DNA of 51,621 bases from Candidatus Heimdallarchaeota archaeon (lineage in GTDB: Archaea; Asgardarchaeota; Heimdallarchaeia; Hodarchaeales; Hodarchaeaceae), in NCBI GenBank assembly GCA_048881705.1, contig JBHLSH010000017.1:1-51621 (forward strand), given 5' to 3'. The position numbers and the translations under genes were made by a program. A model generated the notes under the pieces. That model saw only the letters and a program-made list of their open reading frames with translations, did no database searches and had not been told where the DNA came from. How positions within the stretch are numbered: the stretch's first letter is position 1; the number at the start of each line of letters is the position of its first letter. This document shows, in pieces, positions 19,511-29,476 of this stretch.

Positions 19511-22069
19511 ATGGAGCTCTCTCAGAAGACGTTAAATGAATCCAATCTTTTGAGCGATTTTGGTTCAAAGAGCACATTGGCAAAAAACACTGTTCTAAGG
19601 TTCCATGAGTTCCTTATTAAAACAGATCAAGGAAGTTTGAAATCAAGGGCTGAAGAGGGTAATCAAGTCCTTTTGCGGGCATATCAACTTGATAGCGATA
19701 TCCAATCAGAACTGGCAAGACATTACACAATATCTGAAGAAAATGTGAACTTTGTATTATTCGGAATTCAAACGTATTTCAGCCTATTGGTTAAATTAAT
19801 TGCTGCTGAAGTTGTTCACCACCACATTAACGATCAGAATCAGAGTTCCTACATGAAATTGCTTATGAAAGTCTATTCGGAAGATCCTCTTAAGCTTAAA
19901 AATTATATAGAGGAAATAGAAAATGGAAAATTCTTCCAACGCGTCATTCGAGTAAAGAATCTTTGTGAAGGAAGTAACTTCTCATGGTATCTGGCAGAAT
20001 GGACTGGAGAATTGGCCGAAGTAGTTTTTTCCATAGCTTCCAGAATTGCGGAATACAATCTGAATTTGGATTACACATCAACATGGATAAAAGATTGTTT
20101 CAAACCAATTTATCTAGAACTTATACCCAAATCAGTTCGTAGTAAATTGGGAGAGTTTTATACTCCTCGTTGGCTTGTTCAGTTCCTTTTGGATAAGATA
20201 GGATATAATTTGGAGGCTTTTCAAGATTTTGTATCCAGTGAGGCTGATCCTATTAAACCCATCCAGCTTCGAGTAATCGATCCTTCATGCGGTTCTGGAA
20301 GCTTTCTCCTTGAGGTATTAGCTAGAATTAGGTTTTATGCTAAGAAACATGGTCTAGAAAATCAATTGAGGTCAGCAATATTAGAAAACATAGTAGGTGT
20401 AGATCTCAATCCACTTGCGGTACTAGCAGCAAGAACAAACTATTTGCTCTCTATATTGGACTTGATTCCCGCTGAAAATGAAATAGAGGTGCCAATTTAC
20501 TTAACAGATGCAGTATCGTTTGAAAGATCAGAGATTTTGGCATCGTTGGGAGAATTCGATTACCTAATAGGTAATCCGCCTTGGCTTTTATGGGAAAATT
20601 TGCCCGAAGAATATCGAAAGAGAATAAAACCGCTTTGGGATAAATATGGTCTTTTTACATTAAAAGGATACGATACTCAGCACGGAGGAGGTAAGAAAGA
20701 TTTTTCTGTACTATTCACTTACACTTGCTTGGATAGGTATTTGAAACAGTCAGGAATGTTGAGCTTCATTCTAACTCGATCTGTTTTCAAGACCATTGGA
20801 GCCGGAGAGGGATTCCGTAAATTTAGTTTAAAAAAAAGGGCATTTCGCGTAATTGAGGTTCACGATTTTTCAGAAATACGACCTTTTGAAGAGACGCATA
20901 GTAAGACCACATTATTGTTGCTCGAGGGTGATAAAGAAACATCATACCCTGTGGATTACGTGATCTGGAAGAGAAAGACCAAATTCAATAAAAAATCCTC
21001 TTGGTCAAACGTAAGCCGTGCAATATACCCAATACGTTTGGTGGCTATTCCTTCAATTTCAACGAATTTACTGTCACCTTGGATTACAGTTCCAATTGAA
21101 ATTCTTCAAATAATCAAGAAAATTTACGGGCGGAGCGATTACTCCTCAAAAGAGGGAATAAACAGCGGAGGATTAAATGGTGTTTTCTGGGTTGAACCCC
21201 TCAAGGTTTTAAAAACCACCGTTAGTTCAATACCGATCAGAAATGATTTGGCAAGCCTAAATATTAACCAAGAAACGTCCAGAGTTTTGGCGATCCATAA
21301 CGTAACCAAAGGAATGAAGAAGAAAGTCCCGAAAGTGTTCACCCAAGTTGAAGACTTTTTTGTGTATCCATTACTGAAATCCAGAAATGTGGAGAAATGG
21401 CGAATAAATAAGTACAATTATGCATTACAAATGCAGGATCCTATTAAACGAAAAGGATATGGTGAGGATTGGGTTAGGACTAATTTTCCCCTTACCTACG
21501 CATATCTAACGACATTTAAGGCAGAACTCCAATCCCGGAAGTCTAAGGTAGTCAGACAATTGATAGAACGGGGCCCTTTTTACTCAATGTACGCTGTTGG
21601 AGAATACACATACTCTAGGTTCAAAGTAGTTTGGAGCCAGATGGGAAAAAAACTAAAGGCTTGCGTTATATCTCGAATTCATGATATGTACCTAGGAAAT
21701 AAATTAGTTCTCCCGGAACATGTCCTAGCATTTATTCCAGTCGAAGACGAATTCGAAGCGCATTATATTTGCGCTATACTCAATTCTACGGTTGCCAATT
21801 TGCTACTAGGCGCAATTGCTCGAGGTACAAAAAGCTTTGGGACTCCTCGTTTGGTTGATAAAACTATGAGAATATTCAAATTTAATCCTTCCAGTCAATT
21901 GCAGATGAAACTAGCTCGTCTTTCATTAGAAGCTCATCGTCTGGCTCAAATAGGCTCAGAGGAATTGGTAGATATTGAAAAACAAATTGATCTAGGGATT
22001 GCAGACCTATACGGGATTGAATTAGAGGAGTATTTGGTCATCCAAAGAAGTCTGGAACTTTTAACATAA
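19511..22069 (+). CDS. Gamma-class DNA methyltransferase, Type IIG-like, with no evident nuclease domain
   Basis: QTYFSLLVKLIAAE, LGEFYTP, VIDPSCGSGSF, IGNPPW, C-terminal TRD and IADLYGI tail. Confidence 0.88.
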   Translation: MELSQKTLNESNLLSDFGSKSTLAKNTVLRFHEFLIKTDQGSLKSRAEEGNQVLLRAYQLDSDIQSELARHYTISEENVNFVLFGIQTYFSLLVKLIAAEVVHHHINDQNQSSYMKLLMKVYSEDPLKLKNYIEEIENGKFFQRVIRVKNLCEGSNFSWYLAEWTGELAEVVFSIASRIAEYNLNLDYTSTWIKDCFKPIYLELIPKSVRSKLGEFYTPRWLVQFLLDKIGYNLEAFQDFVSSEADPIKPIQLRVIDPSCGSGSFLLEVLARIRFYAKKHGLENQLRSAILENIVGVDLNPLAVLAARTNYLLSILDLIPAENEIEVPIYLTDAVSFERSEILASLGEFDYLIGNPPWLLWENLPEEYRKRIKPLWDKYGLFTLKGYDTQHGGGKKDFSVLFTYTCLDRYLKQSGMLSFILTRSVFKTIGAGEGFRKFSLKKRAFRVIEVHDFSEIRPFEETHSKTTLLLLEGDKETSYPVDYVIWKRKTKFNKKSSWSNVSRAIYPIRLVAIPSISTNLLSPWITVPIEILQIIKKIYGRSDYSSKEGINSGGLNGVFWVEPLKVLKTTVSSIPIRNDLASLNINQETSRVLAIHNVTKGMKKKVPKVFTQVEDFFVYPLLKSRNVEKWRINKYNYALQMQDPIKRKGYGEDWVRTNFPLTYAYLTTFKAELQSRKSKVVRQLIERGPFYSMYAVGEYTYSRFKVVWSQMGKKLKACVISRIHDMYLGNKLVLPEHVLAFIPVEDEFEAHYICAILNSTVANLLLGAIARGTKSFGTPRLVDKTMRIFKFNPSSQLQMKLARLSLEAHRLAQIGSEELVDIEKQIDLGIADLYGIELEEYLVIQRSLELLT

Positions 22070-22219
22070 TCATAGTTTTGCTAGGTCCGCGATTTTCCCG
22101 TTAATTCTCGTGTAATCATATTTTGTCCCCTTCATCAAGAATTCGCAGGTTATCGATTCAAACCTAACTGTTTAAAGGGTACCTATAGTGAAACTGAAAA
22201 TTATCCACCCAATGGGATC

Positions 22220-23617
22220 ATGATGCTTACCTTCAAAGAGAAATCCAGTTACGGGATCGGTCGCCTTGGATCATCCATTACTATTAATATGGCCGATCTC
22301 TTTACTGGATATGTTTATTTCGCCTTTTTTGGCCTCGAAGAAGACCCTTTCCTCGCTTTCTTCGGTGTTGCAATCGGTAAAATTGTAATTGCATTCACTA
22401 GCTATGGTGCGGGATACCTATCAGATAGAACCTACAGTCGAAGCTGGGGTCGGCGTCGCCCTTTCATTCTCATCGGAGCCCCGTTATTGGCGATATCGTT
22501 TTTCCTATTATATTCCCCTCATCTTTTTCTTCCCCCTGGGAGCGATCCTATGGTAATCTTTGGATACCTCCTTACCTTTAATACGCTATATCAAGGATTA
22601 TATGGATTTCTATTAACCCCCTTCCAAGCATGGATGCCAGAGATTACTACCGAGAAAGAGCGCCTTGAAGTATCGGGTTACCAGAATACGGTCAATCTAA
22701 TTGCATTTGTTATAGGAGCTGGTTCTTCTTTTCTTCTACCAGCATTGTTAGGTGGATCCTCGGAAAGCATTAACTTAACGGCACCTAACGGTATACTTCC
22801 ATTCTTATCCAATGGACTCGTAATTACTACACTTATTGGAGTTTTTGCGTTTGCGGTTGTAGTCTTTTTCATACCCTCTCTGATCAACATTCGGGCTAAG
22901 GAAGTTTTTATACCTCAACCGTCTATTCGAGAGGAATTGAATGTGATTTTTGGCAACAGAAATTATCTATGGTGGACCATCTCCAGGGGACTCCTCTCAG
23001 TGGGATTGAGTATAATAATGGGGATAATATTGTCCTGGATCGATAAAGCTCTCCGCTTTGGCACGTTGGAATATATAATATTTGGACTGACGTTGTTATT
23101 AACCATTTTTGCAGGTTTTTATTGGTGGGGAAAATACGGAAACAGGGAAGGCAAAACCAGAAGTTTCATCTATTCAACCGTCTGGATGATTATTTTTGCG
23201 CCCTTTGCGTCCCTTGTTGGTCAAATTCAATTTGTATCTGAAATTATTCCTATTTATGTACAAGCCTTGGTATTTGTTGTTTTCGCTGGGGTGGGAGTAG
23301 CTGGATTCTACCTTCTACCTTATGCAATAGTGGCTGATATTGTGGAAGAAGATGAAAGAAGGACGGGGGAATCTCGCGGCGGTATGTACTATGGATTTGA
23401 GTCAATACCACTCAATTTCTTTCAATTTATAGGATACTTGATTGTAGGTGTTTTATTGCAAAGTTTGCCACTTTTTACCGATTGGCAAGGTCATCAATAC
23501 TCATTAGGATTTTTATTATGGGGACCAGTTGCAGCTGTATTCATTTTATGTTCCGTCCTCATCTTTTGGCAAAAAGTCAATGCAGATCCCCTTAGAGGTG
23601 TCGCTCCTTCTGCATAG
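22220..23617 (+). CDS. MFS transporter, GPH/MFS_2 family
   Basis: GYLSDRT.S..GRRRPF, ADIVEEDE.RTGE.RGGMYYG; about 12 TMs. Confidence 0.9.
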   Translation: MMLTFKEKSSYGIGRLGSSITINMADLFTGYVYFAFFGLEEDPFLAFFGVAIGKIVIAFTSYGAGYLSDRTYSRSWGRRRPFILIGAPLLAISFFLLYSPHLFLPPGSDPMVIFGYLLTFNTLYQGLYGFLLTPFQAWMPEITTEKERLEVSGYQNTVNLIAFVIGAGSSFLLPALLGGSSESINLTAPNGILPFLSNGLVITTLIGVFAFAVVVFFIPSLINIRAKEVFIPQPSIREELNVIFGNRNYLWWTISRGLLSVGLSIIMGIILSWIDKALRFGTLEYIIFGLTLLLTIFAGFYWWGKYGNREGKTRSFIYSTVWMIIFAPFASLVGQIQFVSEIIPIYVQALVFVVFAGVGVAGFYLLPYAIVADIVEEDERRTGESRGGMYYGFESIPLNFFQFIGYLIVGVLLQSLPLFTDWQGHQYSLGFLLWGPVAAVFILCSVLIFWQKVNADPLRGVAPSA

Positions 23618-23677
23618 AATGACCCCTTCAAACGATTGCCTTGATCGGTCATAGAATCAATTTAAGATACCCCTTTC

Positions 23678-24976
23678 TTGGACATTAACCGATTCTGCAG
23701 AATCCAGGATGTGGTTAGAATTCCATTCACAGGCGTAAAAAAGCTCAGAAGCTCTGATTTCAAGAATTTCGCGGAAATTGTGATCAGAGCATATCCAGGT
23801 ATGTTACCAGAAAGATTTTCCCAAGAAGATAAGGCATCTTGGATAGACCGGATGCAGACGGTCCAAGAGGAGAATATGAAGATCAATTACTGGGGATATT
23901 TCAAAAATGACGCCTTGATTGGGGGTATGATCCTTTATGATTACAAAATGTCTCTTTTTAATATTTCAATCGACGTTGGTGGAGTTGGCTTGGTGTGTGT
24001 TGATCTATTAAGGAAAAAAGAACATACAGCAAAGCGATTAATTGAATTCTTCCATCAATACTATTTGGATCGTGGTTTTGTATTAACCTGTCTCTGGCCG
24101 TTCCGCTCGGACTTCTATGAAAAGATGGGTTATGCTATCGGAAAGAAAATGAATCAGTATAGGTTTCGACCCACTCAAATCCGATTGTCGTCCCAAGAAC
24201 CGGTATCTTATCTCGAAAACAAGGATATCCCCGAATTATGCGGATTTTTCAATGCAATTGCGTCTAATACCCATGGAATGATCCACCGAGAAGAAGCCCA
24301 ATTCAATAAGCTGTTTAGAGATAAGCTCGTTGTTGGTTATCAGCGAAATGGGAGGATTGAGGGATATATCAATTTTTCATTTAAGAAACTAAACCCAGAT
24401 AATTTTGTTCAGAATGCAATCGAAATAATGGAATTTATCTATTCTACCCCGCAAGCATTGCGTGCTTTACTTACATTTCTAAGGAAACAAGATGATCAGA
24501 TCGATCAGATCGTTTTCAACACCCCTGAGGATTCATTTCATCTTGTTCTAACTGATTCCAGATTGGAAAATCCTTCGATGTTCTTAACAGCTCAGGCCTC
24601 CAATTTACAGGGAGTAGGAGTCATGTACCGCATTCTTAATCTCAAAAAGTTCTTTGAAAGGCTCAAGGATCGAAACTTCGGTGGAGAAACCATTCGCGTA
24701 AGGATTTCGATTTCTGACACATTTCTTCCAGAGAACTCAGATCCCTTTGTCTTATCCTTTAAAGATGGACATGTATCCATTCTCTCTGAAAACGAAAATT
24801 TCGATGTGGAACTTATTACAGATGTGGCCATGTTAACGTCTATGGTGCTTGGAGTAACTTCATTCAAGACATTGCATTCCTATGGCTTTATCCATGCCTC
24901 AAATTCACAATACATAGAGGAAATGGATCGTGTTTTTAGAACAGAAAAGCAACCCATTACTATTGAGCAATTTTGA
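23678..24976 (+). CDS. Eis-like GNAT acetyltransferase
   Basis: VGGVGLVCVDLL.KKE..AK.L, L.PF...FYEKMGY; tandem GNAT domains plus an SCP2-like C-terminus; 432 aa. Confidence 0.85.
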   Translation: MDINRFCRIQDVVRIPFTGVKKLRSSDFKNFAEIVIRAYPGMLPERFSQEDKASWIDRMQTVQEENMKINYWGYFKNDALIGGMILYDYKMSLFNISIDVGGVGLVCVDLLRKKEHTAKRLIEFFHQYYLDRGFVLTCLWPFRSDFYEKMGYAIGKKMNQYRFRPTQIRLSSQEPVSYLENKDIPELCGFFNAIASNTHGMIHREEAQFNKLFRDKLVVGYQRNGRIEGYINFSFKKLNPDNFVQNAIEIMEFIYSTPQALRALLTFLRKQDDQIDQIVFNTPEDSFHLVLTDSRLENPSMFLTAQASNLQGVGVMYRILNLKKFFERLKDRNFGGETIRVRISISDTFLPENSDPFVLSFKDGHVSILSENENFDVELITDVAMLTSMVLGVTSFKTLHSYGFIHASNSQYIEEMDRVFRTEKQPITIEQF

Positions 24977-25105
24977 TCCGTTTTGGAATCTTTTAGTCAT
25001 TTAGCCTAGTTTCCAATTTTCCAGAATCCCCAAACACTCTCCTATTGGCATGCAACCAAAACTTTAAAACCACCCACTATTATTTCCGCTGGGTTTTAGC
25101 GCACG

Positions 25106-25624
25106 ATGACTAATCGCCACAAACTGCTTGTAAGGGATCTAGTTGAATGCATGAACGAACGAGATTTTGAGCGGGGAAAACTGTTACTTCATCCAGATGT
25201 CACCTTCGGTGTGTTTATGACATCTACTGGGAACTTTCATGATGTAAAAGGAATAAATGATGTAATCGCGGTCTTGGAAGCTAATTTTGGAGGATCCAAT
25301 GATATTATCTTTGCAACTAGCAAGATAGTCTGCGAGGGGAATGCAGCGTGCCTGTGGGGACTTTTGAAAGGTTCAACTTTCTTGAACGTTGCACTTGGCC
25401 CATTTGAGGTCAAAGCATCGGCACTGATTGAATTTGAGGAGGAGAAGATGATCCGATTTACATGGATACCTGACACATTCGCTGTGATGCGTTTAATGGG
25501 ACGGGTCTCATTTGTTTCAAATGACCAAGACATAATAAACCAGTACCTCGATAACCTAGTTGAGATGGGGCTAATCCGTGAAACGGACAGAAGGTTGAAA
25601 CGGCCAAAAGAACACGGGGCCTAG
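25106..25624 (+). CDS. SnoaL/NTF2-like fold protein
   Basis: Pattern MNERDF....LLHPDVTF, G...V...L, EGN.A, FEEEKM; C-terminal helix YLDNLVEMGLI. Confidence 0.7.
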   Translation: MTNRHKLLVRDLVECMNERDFERGKLLLHPDVTFGVFMTSTGNFHDVKGINDVIAVLEANFGGSNDIIFATSKIVCEGNAACLWGLLKGSTFLNVALGPFEVKASALIEFEEEKMIRFTWIPDTFAVMRLMGRVSFVSNDQDIINQYLDNLVEMGLIRETDRRLKRPKEHGA

Positions 25625-25787
25625 ATTATGGGTGCTCCATAATGAAGTTAAAAAAGCCAGAAACGAATAGGTTCTCTAACAGACGGTGATCGAAGATCGC
25701 AATTTAACATGAGACTACGATCATTGCATATTCTAGGAAGAATAAAATGCGCAGAAAATAGACAATTTTTGAAAAAAGGTTTGACTT

Positions 25788-26660
25788 ATGGATAAAACCG
25801 ATATTAGATCACTCATTGCTGTTTTTATTGTGGTAATCATTGCTTTGGTTCTCGCACTCGCGGGAAGTGATGGGGGAACAACAGTTTTTGGCGGAATACC
25901 AATATTTGCTCTTGGAGTGCTTATTACTTTTCTCATTCAATGGATTGCATTTGTTCCTGCATATATTAAGCGAACGGAGAAATTTTTCGATTTAACTGGT
26001 TCGCTCACTTATATTTTTGTTGTGGTTTTTGCTGTACTACTGAGTCCTCCCAATAATCGGGCCATAGTTTTGATGGTTCTTGTTATAATTTGGGCACTTC
26101 GTTTAGGGGCATTTCTCTTTATTCGTGTCTTAAGAGCTGGAGAAGATCGCCGATTTGCGACGCTTAAGCACTCTGCATCACGATTTCTAGTAACTTGGAC
26201 GATTCAAGGACTCTGGGTAAGTTTCACTGTTGCTGCTGCCTTAGCAGCAATCACAACGGCACAAGGAGTAGATTTTGGTGTTTTTGGTATCTTGGGTGTT
26301 CTCATTTGGATCATAGGGTTTGGATTTGAAACTATTGCTGATTTCCAAAAGACCAAATGGAGGTCTATCGCAGAAAATAAGGGAAAATTCATTACAACAG
26401 GATTATGGTCACTTTCCAGACATCCTAATTATTTCGGTGAAATCATTCTCTGGATTGGTATCGCGATAATTGCACTCCCTACCCTTGCTGGCTGGCGTTT
26501 CCTCACTCTAATCTCTCCCGTTTTTGTAACGCTTCTTTTGACTAAAGTGAGTGGGATTCCATTACTAGAAAATTATGCAGAGGCAAAATGGGGCGGGATG
26601 AAAGAATATGAGGAGTATAAAAGAAAGACGCCTGTTTTAATCCCTAAACTTCCTTTTTGA
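25788..26660 (+). CDS. DUF1295 membrane protein (steroid 5-alpha-reductase-like)
   Basis: EKFFDLTGS, WALRLG.FL..R, ED.RF, E.IAD.QK, GLWSLSRHPNYFGE, SGIPLLE. Confidence 0.9.
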   Translation: MDKTDIRSLIAVFIVVIIALVLALAGSDGGTTVFGGIPIFALGVLITFLIQWIAFVPAYIKRTEKFFDLTGSLTYIFVVVFAVLLSPPNNRAIVLMVLVIIWALRLGAFLFIRVLRAGEDRRFATLKHSASRFLVTWTIQGLWVSFTVAAALAAITTAQGVDFGVFGILGVLIWIIGFGFETIADFQKTKWRSIAENKGKFITTGLWSLSRHPNYFGEIILWIGIAIIALPTLAGWRFLTLISPVFVTLLLTKVSGIPLLENYAEAKWGGMKEYEEYKRKTPVLIPKLPF

Positions 26661-26697
26661 ACAGTTCCATTGTTTTTCTCCAATAAATAGTGTCAGC

Positions 26698-27432
26698 TTG
26701 GTATTCATGGAACCGGAGGAAACGCTGTTGGAACCGTATATGATCGAAAAAAAACTCGGTGTTTGGAGACGATTGGTTCACTACTTCTTACTTCATCTAG
26801 CTCGGATGATTTTTTGGCTTATTCCTTTCAAAGTATATGGAAAGGAGAATCTACCTGATGAGGGCATACCCACACTACTTGTCTCTAACCATATATCTCA
26901 TATGGATTCGATTTATACAGCAGTAGCAGCCTTTCCTGTGAAACGAGCCATTCGGTTCACTGGTGCTGCCGATTTCATGCGAAAAATTATGTTTCGGTGG
27001 ACAAAATACGAACTAGCCTTCCCTGTTGGACGGGGATCCAAAGAGAGAGCTCGGTTTATTCGCAAAACTCTCACATTATTAAAAAATAATGAAACCGTGG
27101 GCATTTATCCTGAAGGGAGGAGATCAAGAACGGGCAAATTTCAAATGGATCGCGTTAAGGTAGGGGCTGGCTGGATAGCTAAGTTGGCTGGTCAGAAAAC
27201 CAAAGTTGTCCCTATATATGTTTATGGTACAAATAGGATCATCCCTGTGGGAAAATTTTTCCGTTTGAACCTCCATACTCCTGTACGGATTTATTTCGGC
27301 CCTCCACTTGATCTGACTCCCTATTATACATTGCCCAATGCCCTTGAAACCTCGCGATTGATAACTCAGGAAGTTATCAAAGGAATTCTCGCTGAACAGC
27401 GGAAATGCTTTCTAGATCTAAACTTGCCCTGA
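26698..27432 (+). CDS. plsC: Lysophospholipid acyltransferase, PlsC family
   Basis: NHISHMD (HX4D), FPVGRG, IYPEGRRSRTG, VVPIYVYG, FG.P. Confidence 0.85.
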   Translation: MVFMEPEETLLEPYMIEKKLGVWRRLVHYFLLHLARMIFWLIPFKVYGKENLPDEGIPTLLVSNHISHMDSIYTAVAAFPVKRAIRFTGAADFMRKIMFRWTKYELAFPVGRGSKERARFIRKTLTLLKNNETVGIYPEGRRSRTGKFQMDRVKVGAGWIAKLAGQKTKVVPIYVYGTNRIIPVGKFFRLNLHTPVRIYFGPPLDLTPYYTLPNALETSRLITQEVIKGILAEQRKCFLDLNLP

Positions 27433-27462
27433 GAAAAAATAGAGGAAAAGGGGAATGAGGCG

Positions 27463-28299
27463 CTAAGCGAAGATTAGCCCCATAAAAACAAGCCAAGCTA
27501 GCGCAGATTTTGCAACCAAGCTCAAGAGCTGATAACCTCGTTCTCCATAGAGATAATCTTTCCAAGGCCCTATGCGTTTGTACTGAAGAAACATGTTAAG
27601 GGCGAAACTATTGAAGAAGATGAAATACATTACAACAGCCACATAGATAAATGTAGGAATGGCTTGATCTACACCTAGATCGAAACTGAGGAATGTTCCG
27701 AGAATGACAATCCAGGGCATGATCCCTGCGATCCAGCCAAGCCAATAGGGAAGCCAGCTCGTTTGTGCTGTGTATTGATTGTATTTTTCCATCAACAATC
27801 CAAACATGTTCATTAGGAAATTCAATACAAATATTAATGCAATAACCCAGAAATCCAGAATACCAAATGCTAAGGAAATGAAGATGATCATGACTGAAGA
27901 ACTAAAAGCATATTCCCACCAACGGACTGGATTCATTTTGTTTTTTAGATTCTCGACATAAGAATTGTTTAATGGATAAGCAATCAGAAAATGGGCAACT
28001 GCGGACATAAAAAGGAAGCTCGCTAATAATATCCCAGCTACGTTCTCGAACGCAAAAAAAACTTCAGGTTCAGGTCCAAAAATCGGTTTTGTTCCCGTCA
28101 ATTCTTTAATCACTAGTTTTGATATATAAATGTCCACACTGAAGTTTTTAATTTCATCTATGATCAAACTAAGGCCGAAAACTAGAACACTTTGTATTAA
28201 ATGCAATATAGCCATCGCAATGTTAAATTTCTTCAGGTAAGACATACTTATGGACGATGTTTCTCCACTTGTAAATGTAAACTCACTCATTCTTCTCAA
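27463..28299 (-). CDS. heR: Heliorhodopsin
   Basis: TM1 HLIQ, TM2 SAVAH, TM3 NPVRWWEYAFSSSVM (Glu counterion), TM7 YQLLSLVAKSALAW (retinal lysine); alternative ATG at 28290. Confidence 0.95.
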   Translation of the reverse strand: MRRMSEFTFTSGETSSISMSYLKKFNIAMAILHLIQSVLVFGLSLIIDEIKNFSVDIYISKLVIKELTGTKPIFGPEPEVFFAFENVAGILLASFLFMSAVAHFLIAYPLNNSYVENLKNKMNPVRWWEYAFSSSVMIIFISLAFGILDFWVIALIFVLNFLMNMFGLLMEKYNQYTAQTSWLPYWLGWIAGIMPWIVILGTFLSFDLGVDQAIPTFIYVAVVMYFIFFNSFALNMFLQYKRIGPWKDYLYGERGYQLLSLVAKSALAWLVFMGLIFA

Positions 28300-28369
28300 A
28301 CCTTTTCTTAGAGATAATTAAAGGGGATTTACCTCTTCTATTAATACCTCTAGCATTTCCAAAGGAATC

Positions 28370-29476
28370 TCAGCTCAACTGCGCAACGATGAAGTTAAAT
28401 ACATCACTCATATAATTCGCTAAGATTCCAAAATAGTAAGCGGTGTCTTCAAAGAACTCTCTCATAAATTTCTTTTCATCTGGATCTGCATGTATTTGTT
28501 CGAGCTCTGGGATAAACCTACTATTCATAATTAGCTTGATCTGATTGATCTTATGGCGTGAGAGTTGTATTCGAGTACTCATAAATGATTGAAGAGAGGA
28601 ACTAGGAGTGTAATACTTCTTGCGATCATTCGGTTTTTTCACAATGGTAACGAATTTCTGCCTAGCCAGCAGAGTCAAAGCTTCTGAAATGGCAGCACGG
28701 CGAGATCCCGTCACGTGCCGTATTTCTTCTTGGGTGATAGGATCCTTATCCATGAACAGCATGAAAAACGTATATGCAAGGTCTTTATTTGTTCCAGTAC
28801 CGCTTCCTTGTCCGAGCTTCAACATTTCCTCCATGAAATCGCGTTTAATCTGATCTAGGTTATCATTTTCGGGAATTGGGGCCTTTTCATATTGAAGTTG
28901 CCTCGTAATATCTAGTGTCAGATCTGATTCAGATATAAATTCCTTTAAACTTGGGGGATTTTCAGGGTTTTCAAAATACGCCTCCAGGCAAGCCTCATAG
29001 GGATTCATCACGACCCGAATGTAATAATTATACTTGTAGAAAAAGGCCATGAAATCTTTTGTATGAATTACTTTTTCATTTTGAGGTGTTAAGGCCTTGC
29101 ATCTTTTCAATAAAGCAGGTACAAAATCAAGGTTGAATGCAATTGCTTTTAATGCCCCCCCAAACATTCTTTTGATATAATCTGGGAATTTAAGAGGTAA
29201 ATAGTAATAATTTCTACTATCCCCCCGTTTCCTGGTTTTAAGCACGGGTATGCCACGCGGATCATTTATTAAGAGCGAGAGAGTTTCAGAAATCGTAGAT
29301 CTGCTCAGTCCCGTAAGATCCATTAATTCCTTCTGAGTAATCTTTTTTCGCTCCATCAAGAGCGCGTAGATTATTAAGATAATATTTGGATCGTGCCAAT
29401 CGAGGAGTTGCACCATAAACTGTAAATAGTCTATTTTCAGCTGAAATAACGATTTGCTGTTCTCAGTTTTCTCCAT
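28370..29476 (-). CDS. Tandem GbsR/MarR-like winged-helix regulator
   Basis: Two repeats: ITQKELMDLTGLSRSTISETLSLL...YYY and ITQEEIRHVTGSRRAAISEALTLL...KYY. Confidence 0.85.
   Translation of the reverse strand: MEKTENSKSLFQLKIDYLQFMVQLLDWHDPNIILIIYALLMERKKITQKELMDLTGLSRSTISETLSLLINDPRGIPVLKTRKRGDSRNYYYLPLKFPDYIKRMFGGALKAIAFNLDFVPALLKRCKALTPQNEKVIHTKDFMAFFYKYNYYIRVVMNPYEACLEAYFENPENPPSLKEFISESDLTLDITRQLQYEKAPIPENDNLDQIKRDFMEEMLKLGQGSGTGTNKDLAYTFFMLFMDKDPITQEEIRHVTGSRRAAISEALTLLARQKFVTIVKKPNDRKKYYTPSSSLQSFMSTRIQLSRHKINQIKLIMNSRFIPELEQIHADPDEKKFMREFFEDTAYYFGILANYMSDVFNFIVAQLS

Noticed and set aside
22040-22066. QRSLELLT at the end of the 852-aa MTase as a fourth clamp motif
   Set aside because: It lacks aromatic residues and falls in the helical tail typical of this family; too weak to count.
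17663-22069. BREX (PglX) or DISARM system
   Set aside because: No PglZ, BrxC, BrxL, DrmA/B or other companion genes in the window, and the protein sizes do not fit PglX.
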